Below, piece by piece: positions 19,972 to 30,571 of a DNA stretch of 64,000 nt (the stretch's first letter is position 1; each line of letters opens with the position of its first letter). Source of the DNA: an uncultured cyanobacterium (lineage in GTDB: Bacteria; Cyanobacteriota; Cyanobacteriia; Cyanobacteriales; Cyanobacteriaceae); contig CAVVOP010000032.1 of assembly GCA_963749915.1 (NCBI GenBank), forward strand, positions 96,001 through 160,000. Reading direction: 5' to 3'. The position numbers and the translations under genes were made by a program. The notes beneath the pieces are model-generated. The model did no database searches and had not been told where the DNA came from. It saw only the letters and a program-made list of their open reading frames with translations.

Positions 19972-21471
19972 TTATTTTGATTCATGAAAAGTTTGTATAT
20001 TACCGTTGGGACTTAAAATTAGTCTTATGGTGACTTGATCGACATCGGTAAATGGAGATGTAACTTTTTCCCCTAATAACGGCATTTTTGTACGATCAAG
20101 AAAAATAATTGCTACTTGTCCTATAGGAGTAATTTTAGTTACAGAACCATTCTGATTAAAATTTAGGCGATATTCAATACTTTGTTTGAGGTTTTCTGGT
20201 GGTTGCCACTTATTTTGAAAATATTGTTTCACTTCACCAGAAACGACTTCGGCGGATTTTGTCTCATTAGAAGATGAGTTTAATCTGCTTATCTGTTCCC
20301 TAAAATCAGGCATATTTTCAATAACAGAGGGAGAAATACTGTTTAAAGTATTAATACCAGGTTGAGTCACATTGGAGATATTCTTTGACGGCCTAGGTAA
20401 GGGATTTTGCAGTTTCTCGGAATTACTAGATTGTAATACAGGTAAACTCGAAAGATATGAGGGATATTCGGGGGTTGACGTTCCTGGAGATTGACCAGCT
20501 TGAAAAGAAGGTGTTGCAACAGGGATAGATGGTTTAAGACTAATGATATTTGCGGGATTTGTATCTTCTATCACCACTGGCGGTGGTGGTAAATTGGATA
20601 TGGGTGGTGCTAGGGGTGGTGGTGCAATGATAACTTCCGTCCTTTGACTCTTTCCTTTATTATTATTGACCATATCGTTATTTGCTGTATTTGTTTCCCC
20701 AACTTGTGGTGGTGGGGTAATGGTGGGAGGTGGTGAGAGAGGATTTCTGTTTTTGAGATTTTCTGGCACTTCTGGGGTGATAATCGGCGGTAAGGTTTTA
20801 GGATCCAATGATGAAGGTGGAATTACAGGCTCTATATTAGGTTTAATGGCTTCTTGGTTCAATTCCTCTCCAGTGGGATTGCTGACAGTTTGTTGTTCAT
20901 AACGCCACAAAATACTGCCGCCGATTAAACAGACTAAAGCAGTTATGGTTATCGTTAACCCTAAGTTACTAGAAATAGAATCATCTGGATCTACAGTGAC
21001 TTTTATGGCATCTAAATGATAAGCCCATAAAGCGTTAACAAAATCTAATAATTGAGTGTTCGTTAAAATTACTTCCACAATCTCCCCTTTCGGGAAAAAA
21101 GAATGAAAAAAAAGGCGATGACGATAAGCTGAATCCCTGGTTATGGAGATAAATTCTTCTTGATTTTCTGACGGTAACTCACAGGCTAAACATTCATCCA
21201 AAATACTATTAATTTGTAAATAGTTATTCAGATACTCATCTACTTTTTCTCTTAATTTTTCTAGTAAATTGCGATCGCCAACAATACTACTCCTATCATC
21301 TTGAGGTAAACGAGGATCATCAAAATGTAACTGGAAACTAAAATGTTGCGGAAAGGGTTTCGAACCGAAATTACCCCAAAAGGAATGAGGGTGGTAGATT
21401 TCTAAAGTACAAGTAGGAGGAGTATAACGTCGAAATGAACTAGAAGTATTAATTACCATACTGGATGTCAA
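19972..21471 (-). CDS. DUF4335-like membrane protein with Pro-rich linker
   Basis: RRYTPPTCTLEI N-terminus, one TM helix, C-terminal WQPPENLKQSIEYRL. Confidence 0.8.
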   Translation of the reverse strand: MTSSMVINTSSSFRRYTPPTCTLEIYHPHSFWGNFGSKPFPQHFSFQLHFDDPRLPQDDRSSIVGDRNLLEKLREKVDEYLNNYLQINSILDECLACELPSENQEEFISITRDSAYRHRLFFHSFFPKGEIVEVILTNTQLLDFVNALWAYHLDAIKVTVDPDDSISSNLGLTITITALVCLIGGSILWRYEQQTVSNPTGEELNQEAIKPNIEPVIPPSSLDPKTLPPIITPEVPENLKNRNPLSPPPTITPPPQVGETNTANNDMVNNNKGKSQRTEVIIAPPPLAPPISNLPPPPVVIEDTNPANIISLKPSIPVATPSFQAGQSPGTSTPEYPSYLSSLPVLQSSNSEKLQNPLPRPSKNISNVTQPGINTLNSISPSVIENMPDFREQISRLNSSSNETKSAEVVSGEVKQYFQNKWQPPENLKQSIEYRLNFNQNGSVTKITPIGQVAIIFLDRTKMPLLGEKVTSPFTDVDQVTIRLILSPNGNIQTFHESK

Positions 21472-21640
21472 AATACCGTTTCTAAGTTTAAAAATTATAG
21501 ATTATTTTCAAATAATAAAGCATAAACATTCATTATTGCACGGGAATTTCAAATATTGACCGATCATCTCGCTGCATTTTTTGTGATAATTCCTTAATAT
21601 TAGTATAGAAAACTTAATACTTTAAGAGGGATAAAGCAAA

Positions 21641-21937
21641 ATGCCGACAATCACGTTTATCAATGAAAATCAGGACGTTGTCGCCGCAGATGGTGCAAAT
21701 TTGAGAGAAAAAGCCTTACAAAATGGCATAGATATTTATAAACTTCGGGGTAAACTCATGAATTGTGGCGGTTATGGGCAATGTGCGACTTGTATTGTGG
21801 AAATTGTCTCTGGCATGGAAAACTTATCCCCTAAAACTGACTTTGAAGAACGAAAATTACGCAAAAAACCCAAAAATTATCGTTTAGCCTGTCAAACCCT
21901 CACTAATGGTGACGTCACCGTTAAAACTAAACCTTGA
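21641..21937 (+). CDS. 2Fe-2S ferredoxin
   Basis: [11 protein letters not shown]...RLACQ. Confidence 0.93.
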   Translation: MPTITFINENQDVVAADGANLREKALQNGIDIYKLRGKLMNCGGYGQCATCIVEIVSGMENLSPKTDFEERKLRKKPKNYRLACQTLTNGDVTVKTKP

Positions 21938-21979
21938 CACTCCCACCGACATAATCAAAGATTATGTCGGTGGATTCTT
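21934..21979 (-). mobile_element. IS200/IS605-family right-end hairpin
   Basis: Minus strand AAGAATCCACCGACATAATCTTTGATTATGTCGGTGGGAGTGTCAA; same AAGAATC...GAGTGTCAA frame as the element at 1558. Confidence 0.7.
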
Positions 21980-22130
21980 ACCTCATCGTGTCATTGCCAG
22001 TGCCACCCACGATCAAGTTATTACCGAGGCCACCCCTTAGGAGATCATTGCCAGCTTGCCCATAAAGGACATCATTGCCATTCCCTCCAAAAAGCACATC
22101 ATTACCGGCTTCACCGTAGAGACGATCATT
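21978..22130 (-). pseudogene. Orphan fragment of RTX (hemolysin-type Ca-binding) nonapeptide repeats
   Basis: Translates [50 protein letters not shown]; preceded in frame by TAA, so no start codon. Confidence 0.8.
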
Positions 22131-22538
22131 TTATATTTTCCAAAGAACCCCAAATTTACAGTCATTTTATTTACAATCATTAAGGATAGTTAAATTTTGT
22201 TAAAGTTTGGAAAAGTTAAACCTGAGTTTGTTTATTATAATTATATGCTTTAGAAAAATATCTAGTTAAGATTTATTGCCAGAAAAATTTATCAACAATC
22301 ACAGACAAAATAAAAAAGAAAAACGGTTAAAAAGATTACTCAATTTGTCAGAATAAAAAAAACAAAATATTACTACGGTTAACTATATCTTCCAGCATAT
22401 TTCTACATTTAACTACGTTTTTTGGTCTGTATTAGTCGGTTAATTATTCAGTCTTCTTTATATTTTGATCAGTTAAATCTGTTAAAATTGAGTATGTTTT
22501 CAGTTGCTATCCATCAAGACTACTTGTTTACGTTTTAA

Positions 22539-22610
22539 TAGATCTCTCCAAAAACCCTTATTTTTTGGGTGATGTAATAAGGCTTTTAGCATAATTGTGG
22601 GAGATGTCTA
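22539..22610. mobile_element. Short MITE-like element
   Basis: Imperfect terminal inverted repeats TAGATCTCTCC / GGAGATGTCTA (9 of 11 match). Confidence 0.45.
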
Positions 22611-22722
22611 ATATACAAAATCGCAATAATTGACTATTGCTCATCGACTACATCATGGGTGGGTGGTGGCTTGGATCCGAAGTTTTATTCATAAAAATTG
22701 ATACCTTTAAGGAGTTAAACCA

Positions 22723-24435
22723 ATGGCTATATCCTCTTTACCTTTTCCCGAAATGGCTGAACAAAAATCCCATATATCTCATCTTATTGATAAACGTTTG
22801 ATGACCCAGGAAACATCCCTTCCCCATGATACGAGTAATTATCCCCCTCATCTCTCTCTTTATGGTTTGGATAAGTTAGGGATTAAAAATCCTACTCATG
22901 TTTACCGTAATTTGTCCGTGCCTAAATTAATTGAACATTCTTTGGCTAAAGGAGAGGGAATTCTAGCTGACAATGGAGCTTTATGTGTGAAAACGGGGAA
23001 ATATACAGGGCGATCGCCTAAAGATAAGTTTATTGTAGATGAACCAACCTCAAGGGAAGAAATTCACTGGAATGAGTTAAATGTGGCGATTTCCGAGGAA
23101 AATTTTAATTTGTTATACCGCAGAGTTATTTCTTATTGTCAAAAACGAGATCTCTATATTTTTGACGGTTATGTAGGTGCAGATCCCCGTTATCGCATGA
23201 GTGTGAGAATCATTAACGAGTTGGCATGGCAGAATTTATTTGCACATCAGATGTTTATTCGTCCTACCTCAGAAGAATTAGCCACTCACCAAGCAGATTT
23301 TACTGTAATTTGTGTTCCCGGATTACATAGTGATCCTGACTTTGATGACGGTGTTAACTCGGAAGCATTTATCGTAGCGAACTTTGCCAAAAAATTAATT
23401 ATCATCGGCGGCTCAAAATATGCCGGAGAAGCGAAAAAAGCGGTTTTTTCTTTGATGAATTATTTTATGACCTTAAAAGATGTTCTACCGATGCACTGTT
23501 CTGCTAATATTGGTCACGACGGGAATACAGCCCTCTTTTTTGGTTTGTCGGGTACTGGTAAGACTACTCTTAGTGCTGACCCTCAAAGATTTTTAATCGG
23601 TGATGATGAGCATGGTTGGTCTCAAGATGGTATCTTTAATTTTGAAGGAGGTTGCTATGCAAAAACTATCAGTCTATCCTATGACAATGAGCCTCAAATT
23701 TGGTCTGCGATTCGTTTTGGTGCCATCGCCGAAAATGTAGTCTTAGACCCCTTTAATCGTCATCCTGACTATGATGATGCCCGTTGGACAGAAAACACCA
23801 GAGTCGCCTATCCCATTAGTCATATCCCTGACTGTGTTATCCCCGGTATAGGGGGTCATCCAAAAACCGTAATTTTCCTCACCGCCGATGCTTTTGGAGT
23901 GCTACCGCCTATCTCCCTCTTAACCAAAGAACAAGCCATGTACCATTTTATGTCAGGTTACACCAGTAAGGTAGCGGGGACGGAAAGAGGCATAACTGAA
24001 CCACAAGCCACATTTTCAGCCTGTTTTGGTAAACCCTTCTTACCTCTGTCGGCGGTAGTCTATGGCAAGATGTTAGGGGAAAGACTGGAAAAATATAATT
24101 CTAAAGTATATCTCATTAACACAGGATGGACTGGGGGAAGTTATGGTGTCGGTAGTCGTATCTCCATCAAAGATACACGGGCAATGGTTTCCGCCGCCTT
24201 AAACGGTGATTTAGATAATGTCAAATTCTCTCCTCATCCTATTTTTAAGGTATTAGTGCCTGAAAGTGTCCCTAACGTCTCCCCTAATATTTTAAACCCG
24301 GAACATACATGGAGTAATCCAAATGCTTACTATAAGCAAGCCAATAAATTAGCACAATTATTCCAAGAAAACTTCTGTCGATACCACATCCAAGACGAGG
24401 AGATGTTAAAAGCACAACCGCAACCGATAAATTAA
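22723..24435 (+). CDS. pckA: Phosphoenolpyruvate carboxykinase (ATP)
   Basis: TGRSPKDKFIV, FFGLSGTGKTTLS, LIGDDEHGW, NFEGGCYAK. Confidence 0.97.
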   Translation: MAISSLPFPEMAEQKSHISHLIDKRLMTQETSLPHDTSNYPPHLSLYGLDKLGIKNPTHVYRNLSVPKLIEHSLAKGEGILADNGALCVKTGKYTGRSPKDKFIVDEPTSREEIHWNELNVAISEENFNLLYRRVISYCQKRDLYIFDGYVGADPRYRMSVRIINELAWQNLFAHQMFIRPTSEELATHQADFTVICVPGLHSDPDFDDGVNSEAFIVANFAKKLIIIGGSKYAGEAKKAVFSLMNYFMTLKDVLPMHCSANIGHDGNTALFFGLSGTGKTTLSADPQRFLIGDDEHGWSQDGIFNFEGGCYAKTISLSYDNEPQIWSAIRFGAIAENVVLDPFNRHPDYDDARWTENTRVAYPISHIPDCVIPGIGGHPKTVIFLTADAFGVLPPISLLTKEQAMYHFMSGYTSKVAGTERGITEPQATFSACFGKPFLPLSAVVYGKMLGERLEKYNSKVYLINTGWTGGSYGVGSRISIKDTRAMVSAALNGDLDNVKFSPHPIFKVLVPESVPNVSPNILNPEHTWSNPNAYYKQANKLAQLFQENFCRYHIQDEEMLKAQPQPIN

Positions 24436-24583
24436 TTCTTCGTGTTGGCATTGCTTGCTTTTCCCATGGGCAATTAACGCTCTTTCTTCTGGAACTTTCG
24501 GAAAACTTTTGCTAAATCTAGATTCTGCAACCTTTATTTTATCAGTGCTGCCGTAGGCAATCGCTCTGCGAGACCGCTTTCTG

Positions 24584-25774
24584 TTAGTTAGCGATCCCGC
24601 AATAGTTCAAGGTTTTATTACTTACCCTCGGAAGACGCCCCTTGAAACGGCATAATATTTCCCATGAAATTGTCCCAATCGCATTCGCCCAATCATCAGC
24701 AGTAATTTCCAAATCTTCTTCTCGACCTAATAAAGTTACAATTTCTCCTACTTCTAAGTCAGGAAAATCTGTGATATTTAACATTAATTGATCCATGGTA
24801 ATATTACCAATTTGAGGTGCAAATCTACCCTGAATTATTACCTTCATTTTATTTGATAATAAACGAGGAATCCCGTCAGCGTAACCAATTCCCACTACGG
24901 CCATCTTGATAGGGCGATCGCATTTAAAGGTATGACTATAGCTGACACCTGTATGAGGCGGTAAAGTTTTAATTTGCGTAATACGAGCTTTAACTTCTAA
25001 TGCTGGTTGTAGTTTAACCTTATCTTTTAAGTGAGGTGCAGGATAAATACCATATAAACTTAAACCGACTCTTACCATATCATAATGTAAATTGCGATCC
25101 CTTAAAGTACCGGCAGAATTGGCTAAATGTAAACGAGGGATATTGATACCACTGGCTTTTAATGCCGAAATCGCCTCTTCAAAACGAGAATGTTGTACTT
25201 TCATCATAGTTGAGTCAACATCATCGGCAGTGGCTAAATGGGAATAAATACTCGATAGATGTAACTGAGGGAATTGTTGGATATATTCAACGAAATCTAC
25301 CGCAAGATGCCAATGAGTACCAAGTCTTGACATTCCCGTGTCTAACTTGAGATGTACGGGTAAAGTTGCCTTAAGACACTCTAAAGTTTCCGCAAAAATC
25401 AAAGCCTGTGAAGGGGTGCATAAAGTGGGCTCTAAGTCATATTTTACAATGTCTTTGACCTCATCTGCCGTGTTAATCGCTCCTAAAATGAGTATTGGTG
25501 CTGTAATACCTGCTTCCCTTAACTCCATGCCTTCAGATAAGGTAGCAATGGCTAAAGAATCCACCCCTGATTGCAAGATAGTTTCGGCTACTTTTACCGC
25601 ACCATGACCATAAGCATCGGCTTTGATGACTGCCATTAACTGAGTGTGAGGGTTTAAAAATTTCTTGAGTTCTTGTACATTGTTAGTCAAGGCTTGATGG
25701 TTAATATTAATCCATGCCCTTTGTTGTTGATATTGATGTTCAGAATAAGAATGATTCACGGTGACAATTGTCAT
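24584..25774 (-). CDS. alr: Alanine racemase
   Basis: AVIKADAYGHG PLP lysine, KLDTGMSRLG, GYADG; ATG at 25774 preferred to TTG at 25792. Confidence 0.96.
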   Translation of the reverse strand: MTIVTVNHSYSEHQYQQQRAWININHQALTNNVQELKKFLNPHTQLMAVIKADAYGHGAVKVAETILQSGVDSLAIATLSEGMELREAGITAPILILGAINTADEVKDIVKYDLEPTLCTPSQALIFAETLECLKATLPVHLKLDTGMSRLGTHWHLAVDFVEYIQQFPQLHLSSIYSHLATADDVDSTMMKVQHSRFEEAISALKASGINIPRLHLANSAGTLRDRNLHYDMVRVGLSLYGIYPAPHLKDKVKLQPALEVKARITQIKTLPPHTGVSYSHTFKCDRPIKMAVVGIGYADGIPRLLSNKMKVIIQGRFAPQIGNITMDQLMLNITDFPDLEVGEIVTLLGREEDLEITADDWANAIGTISWEILCRFKGRLPRVSNKTLNYCGIAN

Positions 25775-25848
25775 TGAGTGCTTAAATATCAAATTAATAT
25801 TTATGTTAAGGTAACAGGTAAGTTTTTCGAGACAAAATTTTAATATTT

Positions 25849-26415
25849 ATGATTGCCGGTAACCCTATTAAAAAAAAGTTAAGTTTAGAGGATTTTCTGA
25901 AGTTCCCTGATACTAAACCCGCATCAGAATTTATTAACGGTGAAATTATACAAAAACCGATGCCTCAAGGAAAACATAGTTTAATACAAGGAGAATTAAG
26001 CTCTTTTATTAATCAGATTGCTCGAAAAGACAAAATTGCCTATGCTTTACCTGAAATTCGTTGCATAGTTAATAACCGTGTCATTGTGCCTGATATTGGG
26101 GTTTTCCTATGGAAAAACTTACCGAAAACAGACACTGGAGAAATTGCTAATAAATTTACTATTACCCCTGATTGGATTATCGAAATTTTATCACCTGAGC
26201 AATCAACAAATAAAGTTATTGACAAAATATTATTCTGTTTAAATCATGGCTCAAAATTAGGTTGGTTAATCGATTGTGACGATCAATCTGTGATGATTTT
26301 ACAACCTAATCAATTACCAGAAATTAAATCTCAAGAAGAAATTTTAACGACATTAGATATATTTCTAAACTGGCAATTAACAGCAAAAATGATGTTTGAT
26401 TGGCTCAAAATTTAG
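25849..26415 (+). CDS. Uma2 family (PD-(D/E)XK) endonuclease-like protein
   Basis: KPASEFING...PQGKHS, VPDI, PDWIIEILSP, LGWLID. Confidence 0.92.
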   Translation: MIAGNPIKKKLSLEDFLKFPDTKPASEFINGEIIQKPMPQGKHSLIQGELSSFINQIARKDKIAYALPEIRCIVNNRVIVPDIGVFLWKNLPKTDTGEIANKFTITPDWIIEILSPEQSTNKVIDKILFCLNHGSKLGWLIDCDDQSVMILQPNQLPEIKSQEEILTTLDIFLNWQLTAKMMFDWLKI

Positions 26416-26487
26416 TTTTTCAATTATTTTCCTAATAAAATACTCAAAGAGAAACAAGAAAAATTTCTCACTCTCTGAGCATTTATT

Positions 26488-27366
26488 TTAAAATTGTACT
26501 ACTTTATATACTGTTGAACCGTTTTGGTAGAAAGTTTCATAATAAATACCTGCACAGTCATAGTATTGAACACCACCTTGTTGAACTACATTACATCCGT
26601 CGGGAAGATAGTTAACGACAACACCAACGGGAGGAGAAGTGATTATATAAGAGCCGTCGCTAGGTTGCATATAAACTCCATCAGAATATATATAAGAACT
26701 TGAACCAACGTAAACAGTATCGTAATAAGGTGGTGGTGTGGCAACAGTAGCTCCAAGTACAAGTCCTGCTGTTAATCCTGCTGCCGCAGCCCAAGCACCC
26801 CATCCCGGTGGTGCATAATAACCGCCACCATACCAACCGCCACCATTCCAATTATCATTAACAAAGTCTTGGCGGTTATTCTGACGATTACCAGCATTTT
26901 CCTGACGGTTATCTTGGCGATTACCGGTATTTTCTTGACGATTACTCTGATTAGTTTGACGGTTATCTTGACGATTAGTTTGAGCATCACTGCGGTTAGT
27001 TTGTCGATTACTTTGAGACTCGCTTCGATTAGTTTGACGAGCTCCTTGATTTTGTTGACGACTACCTTGAGCTTCGCTTCTAGTATTTTGGCGACTTCCT
27101 TGACGACTTTGAGATGAATTACTGAAATTACCTCGATTTTGTAAACTGGAACTACTACCTATTCGTTGAGATGCTCCACCACCTCTATTCGCAGATCTTG
27201 AACCACTAGATCTAGCACCGCCTGATCTTTGTACACTGCTAGTTCTAGCACCACCTCCTCTGCCGCCACCACCTCGCCCGGCATAGACAGCATCAGAAAA
27301 GATAATAAGAGTTGTTAACAAAAGGGTAAAGGTAAAAATAAAAGGTTTATGGGATAAATTTTTCAT
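26488..27366 (-). CDS. Exported low-complexity protein with DUF6515-like C-terminus
   Basis: Signal peptide, G/R-rich then RQxN repeats, hydrophobic segment, Tyr-rich tail ending YKVV. Confidence 0.8.
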   Translation of the reverse strand: MKNLSHKPFIFTFTLLLTTLIIFSDAVYAGRGGGGRGGGARTSSVQRSGGARSSGSRSANRGGGASQRIGSSSSLQNRGNFSNSSQSRQGSRQNTRSEAQGSRQQNQGARQTNRSESQSNRQTNRSDAQTNRQDNRQTNQSNRQENTGNRQDNRQENAGNRQNNRQDFVNDNWNGGGWYGGGYYAPPGWGAWAAAAGLTAGLVLGATVATPPPYYDTVYVGSSSYIYSDGVYMQPSDGSYIITSPPVGVVVNYLPDGCNVVQQGGVQYYDCAGIYYETFYQNGSTVYKVVQF

Positions 27367-27424
27367 GGGATTAACTCCTTAACAATACTGATGTAAAAAT
27401 TATTTATTTTGAAATACAAGTTAT

Positions 27425-28201
27425 TTAGGGGGATGGAGGTAACATTTCAATTTGAACATCATCTTCAGAAGGTTTAAATTCAAAAATATCTGGAGAAATT
27501 GAAGGGTTAAAATTCCAATTAGAAAATAACACTGTATATTGGGGAAAATTAGGTAGTTTTTTGTAGGTGAGAATTACCTTTTTAATTAAAGGAGGTGTTT
27601 CTTGACTTATCCACAATTGCCCATCCCAATCATCGGTGACAATGAGTAAATGATCCGTTTCGACTCGATTAACGAAATCACTACCAATATATAATGGTTC
27701 TTCTGTGGCTTTCTCAATTGCACTACAAGGATTATTAACAAATAAATTAGACATGGGAATTGTAAAACCATACTTTTCCTCAATGACATTAACCAATTCA
27801 TCAAGAGTTGCCGGTGCTTCTTTCGTAGAAAAAACATTACGATCAGGAGAAGATAAAGTAAAAAATTTGCCGTTATAATAAAAACTCCTTTCCGCTTCGT
27901 CTCCCACAAAATTAGTTCTTAACATATTCGGTTTTTGTACCGAAACCTGATTATAAGCACTATATTGAACCTTTGAGCCTGATTCTAGTGTATTGTCATA
28001 TGTAATATCCATATCCACGGTAAAGGATTGTTTACTTTTGAGAAAATCACATACTTGGTTTAGCAATTCATCGGTAGTCAGGGATGGCGTTTCGGCGGCA
28101 GTAGCAGGATTAGCGTTATTTTGAGCCTGTATTTTTTCTACTAGGGTAAAAGTAGTAGTTAGGCTAAAGATAAACGCAAACAAGATACGAAAATGAATCA
28201 T
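27425..28201 (-). CDS. DUF2092 family periplasmic protein
   Basis: Signal peptide, VQKPNMLR, FYYNGK.FTL, DWDGQLWI, PQY...FSNWNF. Confidence 0.85.
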   Translation of the reverse strand: MIHFRILFAFIFSLTTTFTLVEKIQAQNNANPATAAETPSLTTDELLNQVCDFLKSKQSFTVDMDITYDNTLESGSKVQYSAYNQVSVQKPNMLRTNFVGDEAERSFYYNGKFFTLSSPDRNVFSTKEAPATLDELVNVIEEKYGFTIPMSNLFVNNPCSAIEKATEEPLYIGSDFVNRVETDHLLIVTDDWDGQLWISQETPPLIKKVILTYKKLPNFPQYTVLFSNWNFNPSISPDIFEFKPSEDDVQIEMLPPSP

Positions 28202-28305
28202 AAATGTATTGATAAATTTAATTTTATTATTAATTTAATTATCAGCCATACTTAAAGATTATATATAACTAAATTTGTCGGTTAGTTGCTCAAATTATTT
28301 TGTCT

Positions 28306-28380
28306 GCCCCCTAAATCCCCCAATCCTGGTGGACTTTCACGAATTTAGCTACCCCAAAGTTGGAGTAGCGGGGGACTTAA
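28306..28380. repeat. Cyanobacterial intergenic palindromic repeat (CCCCCTAAATCCCCC...GGGGGACTT type)
   Basis: C-rich and G-rich arms forming an imperfect hairpin. Confidence 0.5.
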
Positions 28381-28472
28381 ACAAGCAGTATTGTAATCCA
28401 ACCTACTTTCCCATCGGCTAAGAAAGTGTCACAATAAAAGTTAATAATTCTTAATATTTTTTAGCAATCCGA

Positions 28473-29966
28473 ATGTCAGATAAAAGGAAAATCGTTGTAA
28501 TTGGTGCGGGATGGGCAGGTTTAGGTGCTACTCATCACCTGGTGAAGCAAGGTTATGATGTTACCCTATTAGAAGCCTCACCCCATGCTGGGGGACTGGT
28601 GGCAGGATGGAAAACCCCTCAAGGAAGAAGTGTGGAAGCGGGAATACACGGTTTTTGGTATCCTTATCAAAATATTTTCCGTCTAGTCAGGGAATTAAAG
28701 TTGCATCCCTTTACCCCGTTTACACGCTCAAATCAGTACTCTCCTTTTGGCTTAGAAACTCAATCCCCCCTTTTCCAAGAAAAACCCCCCTTACCCTCTC
28801 CTTTAGGCACTTTTATCTACCCCGAATTTTACCGTTTGCCTTTGCTCGATCGCCTTTCTGCCTTACCATTAATGTATGCTTTGGTGGATTTTGACAACTC
28901 TCACGAAGCATGGCAAAGGTACGATAAAGTAACGGCAAGGGAATTGTTCAGACAATACGGGGTATCAGAAAGACTATATCGAGAATCCTTTGAGCCGATG
29001 TTATTAGTAGGTTTATTTGCCCCCGGAGAACAATGCAGTGCCGCCGCCGCATTAGGGATGTTATACTATTTTATTCTCGCCCATCAACCGAATTTCGATG
29101 TGGTCTGGTGTCGTGGTACGGTCGGAGAAAAAATATTTCAGCCTTGGATTGACAAAATTACCGAATTAGGAGGCAAAGTTTTAACCAATAAAAGAGTGAC
29201 TGATATTCTCATCGACCAGAAAGGAAAAGCCACTGGGGTTGTTTGCGGCGAGGAAACTTTCGAGACTGAAGCGGTGATTTCGGGAGTAAGCGTTACAGGA
29301 ATCAAAAAAATCATCAATAATAGCCAAAATTTGAGCAGATATCGAGAATTTCGCCACTTAAATAATTTAGGGGCGATCGATATTTTAGCGGTAAGATTAT
29401 GGTTTGATAGACTGGTCAATATTCCCTTACCTTCTAACGCCTGTTTTGGATTTGATGCAACGACGGGATGGACATTTTTCGATCTTAATACCCTTCATGA
29501 TCAATATGAGGGGGAAAAAGGAAGCGTTGTCGAAGTTGACTTTTACCATGCCAATCAACTATTACCCATGAGTGATGAAGCGATTGTCAAAAAAGTGCAT
29601 CAAGATTTGACTACTTGTATTGCCGATTTTGCCAATGCCGAGATTATTGATTATAGCGTGGTGCGAGTGCCTCAAGGCGTAACTCATTTTGCCCCCGGCA
29701 GTTATCAGCATTTATTAAGGGTAAATACTAGTATTCCTAACTTATTCATGAGTGGTGATTGGATTATAACAAATCATGGTTCATGGTCTCAAGAAAAAGC
29801 TTATGTCACGGGTTTAGAGGCGGCAAATCAGACCATTAATTACTTTAAGGAAGGTAAAAGTGCTAATATTATTCCCGTAGAAAAAGATGAACCCCATATC
29901 GAAATTGCTCGAATAATTAATCAAAATATCCGTACTTTTACTAACGGCCTATCAATTTTGAAATGA
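28473..29966 (+). CDS. FAD-dependent oxidoreductase (amine oxidase / carotenoid desaturase-like family)
   Basis: GAGWAG, EAGIHGFW, SGDW...SQEKA. Confidence 0.9.
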   Translation: MSDKRKIVVIGAGWAGLGATHHLVKQGYDVTLLEASPHAGGLVAGWKTPQGRSVEAGIHGFWYPYQNIFRLVRELKLHPFTPFTRSNQYSPFGLETQSPLFQEKPPLPSPLGTFIYPEFYRLPLLDRLSALPLMYALVDFDNSHEAWQRYDKVTARELFRQYGVSERLYRESFEPMLLVGLFAPGEQCSAAAALGMLYYFILAHQPNFDVVWCRGTVGEKIFQPWIDKITELGGKVLTNKRVTDILIDQKGKATGVVCGEETFETEAVISGVSVTGIKKIINNSQNLSRYREFRHLNNLGAIDILAVRLWFDRLVNIPLPSNACFGFDATTGWTFFDLNTLHDQYEGEKGSVVEVDFYHANQLLPMSDEAIVKKVHQDLTTCIADFANAEIIDYSVVRVPQGVTHFAPGSYQHLLRVNTSIPNLFMSGDWIITNHGSWSQEKAYVTGLEAANQTINYFKEGKSANIIPVEKDEPHIEIARIINQNIRTFTNGLSILK

Positions 29967-30145
29967 GGGAGAGGACAATTCTCGAAAATCTAAAACTTGT
30001 AATGCTTATCCAGAGGGAAGTCGAAGGGCGACTGAAGCATCTAAAATTACCTCAGTAGTTCCCCAAAATTCTCTTGACAGACCACTAAAGGTTTTTTATC
30101 AGATTCTTAGGTAATATTATAATTATTGAAAAATTTAATTGAATT

Positions 30146-30472
30146 ATGTTTAGTAAAAATAACCCAGATAAACAAACAAATAATCCCAAAGTTGAAGATT
30201 TAATTATTAATAATAGTTCCGAATCTTTAACATCAGAATCAGCCGAAATTGGTCAACAGCCTACGGTAAAATTGGTAGAGAAAATTAGCGGTATTTTATC
30301 CCCTTATTTTATCGTCATTGTCGGCCTATATTTATATGATGATAACTTTTTCTTTGGCACAATTTTAATATTAGTAGGTATTCTTTCTCTACTAAAAATT
30401 TCCTATGAAGATATTTGGCAATGGATAGAAAAAATTAAGCACCTTTTTAATCAAGATAATAAAATCGGATAA
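30146..30472 (+). CDS. Small membrane protein of unknown function
   Basis: 108 aa with two hydrophobic helices. Confidence 0.75.
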   Translation: MFSKNNPDKQTNNPKVEDLIINNSSESLTSESAEIGQQPTVKLVEKISGILSPYFIVIVGLYLYDDNFFFGTILILVGILSLLKISYEDIWQWIEKIKHLFNQDNKIG

Positions 30473-30571
30473 ATCCTGTTGGGGAACCTCCACATTGTTT
30501 ATCATATATATACTCCCAATGGAGTAAAATAGTAACTGACACCGTAGCAGAATAGAAAAAAACAACTAACT

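Noticed and set aside
22656..22802. 48-codon upstream ORF overlapping the pckA start
   Set aside because: No recognisable motif or RBS; probably chance
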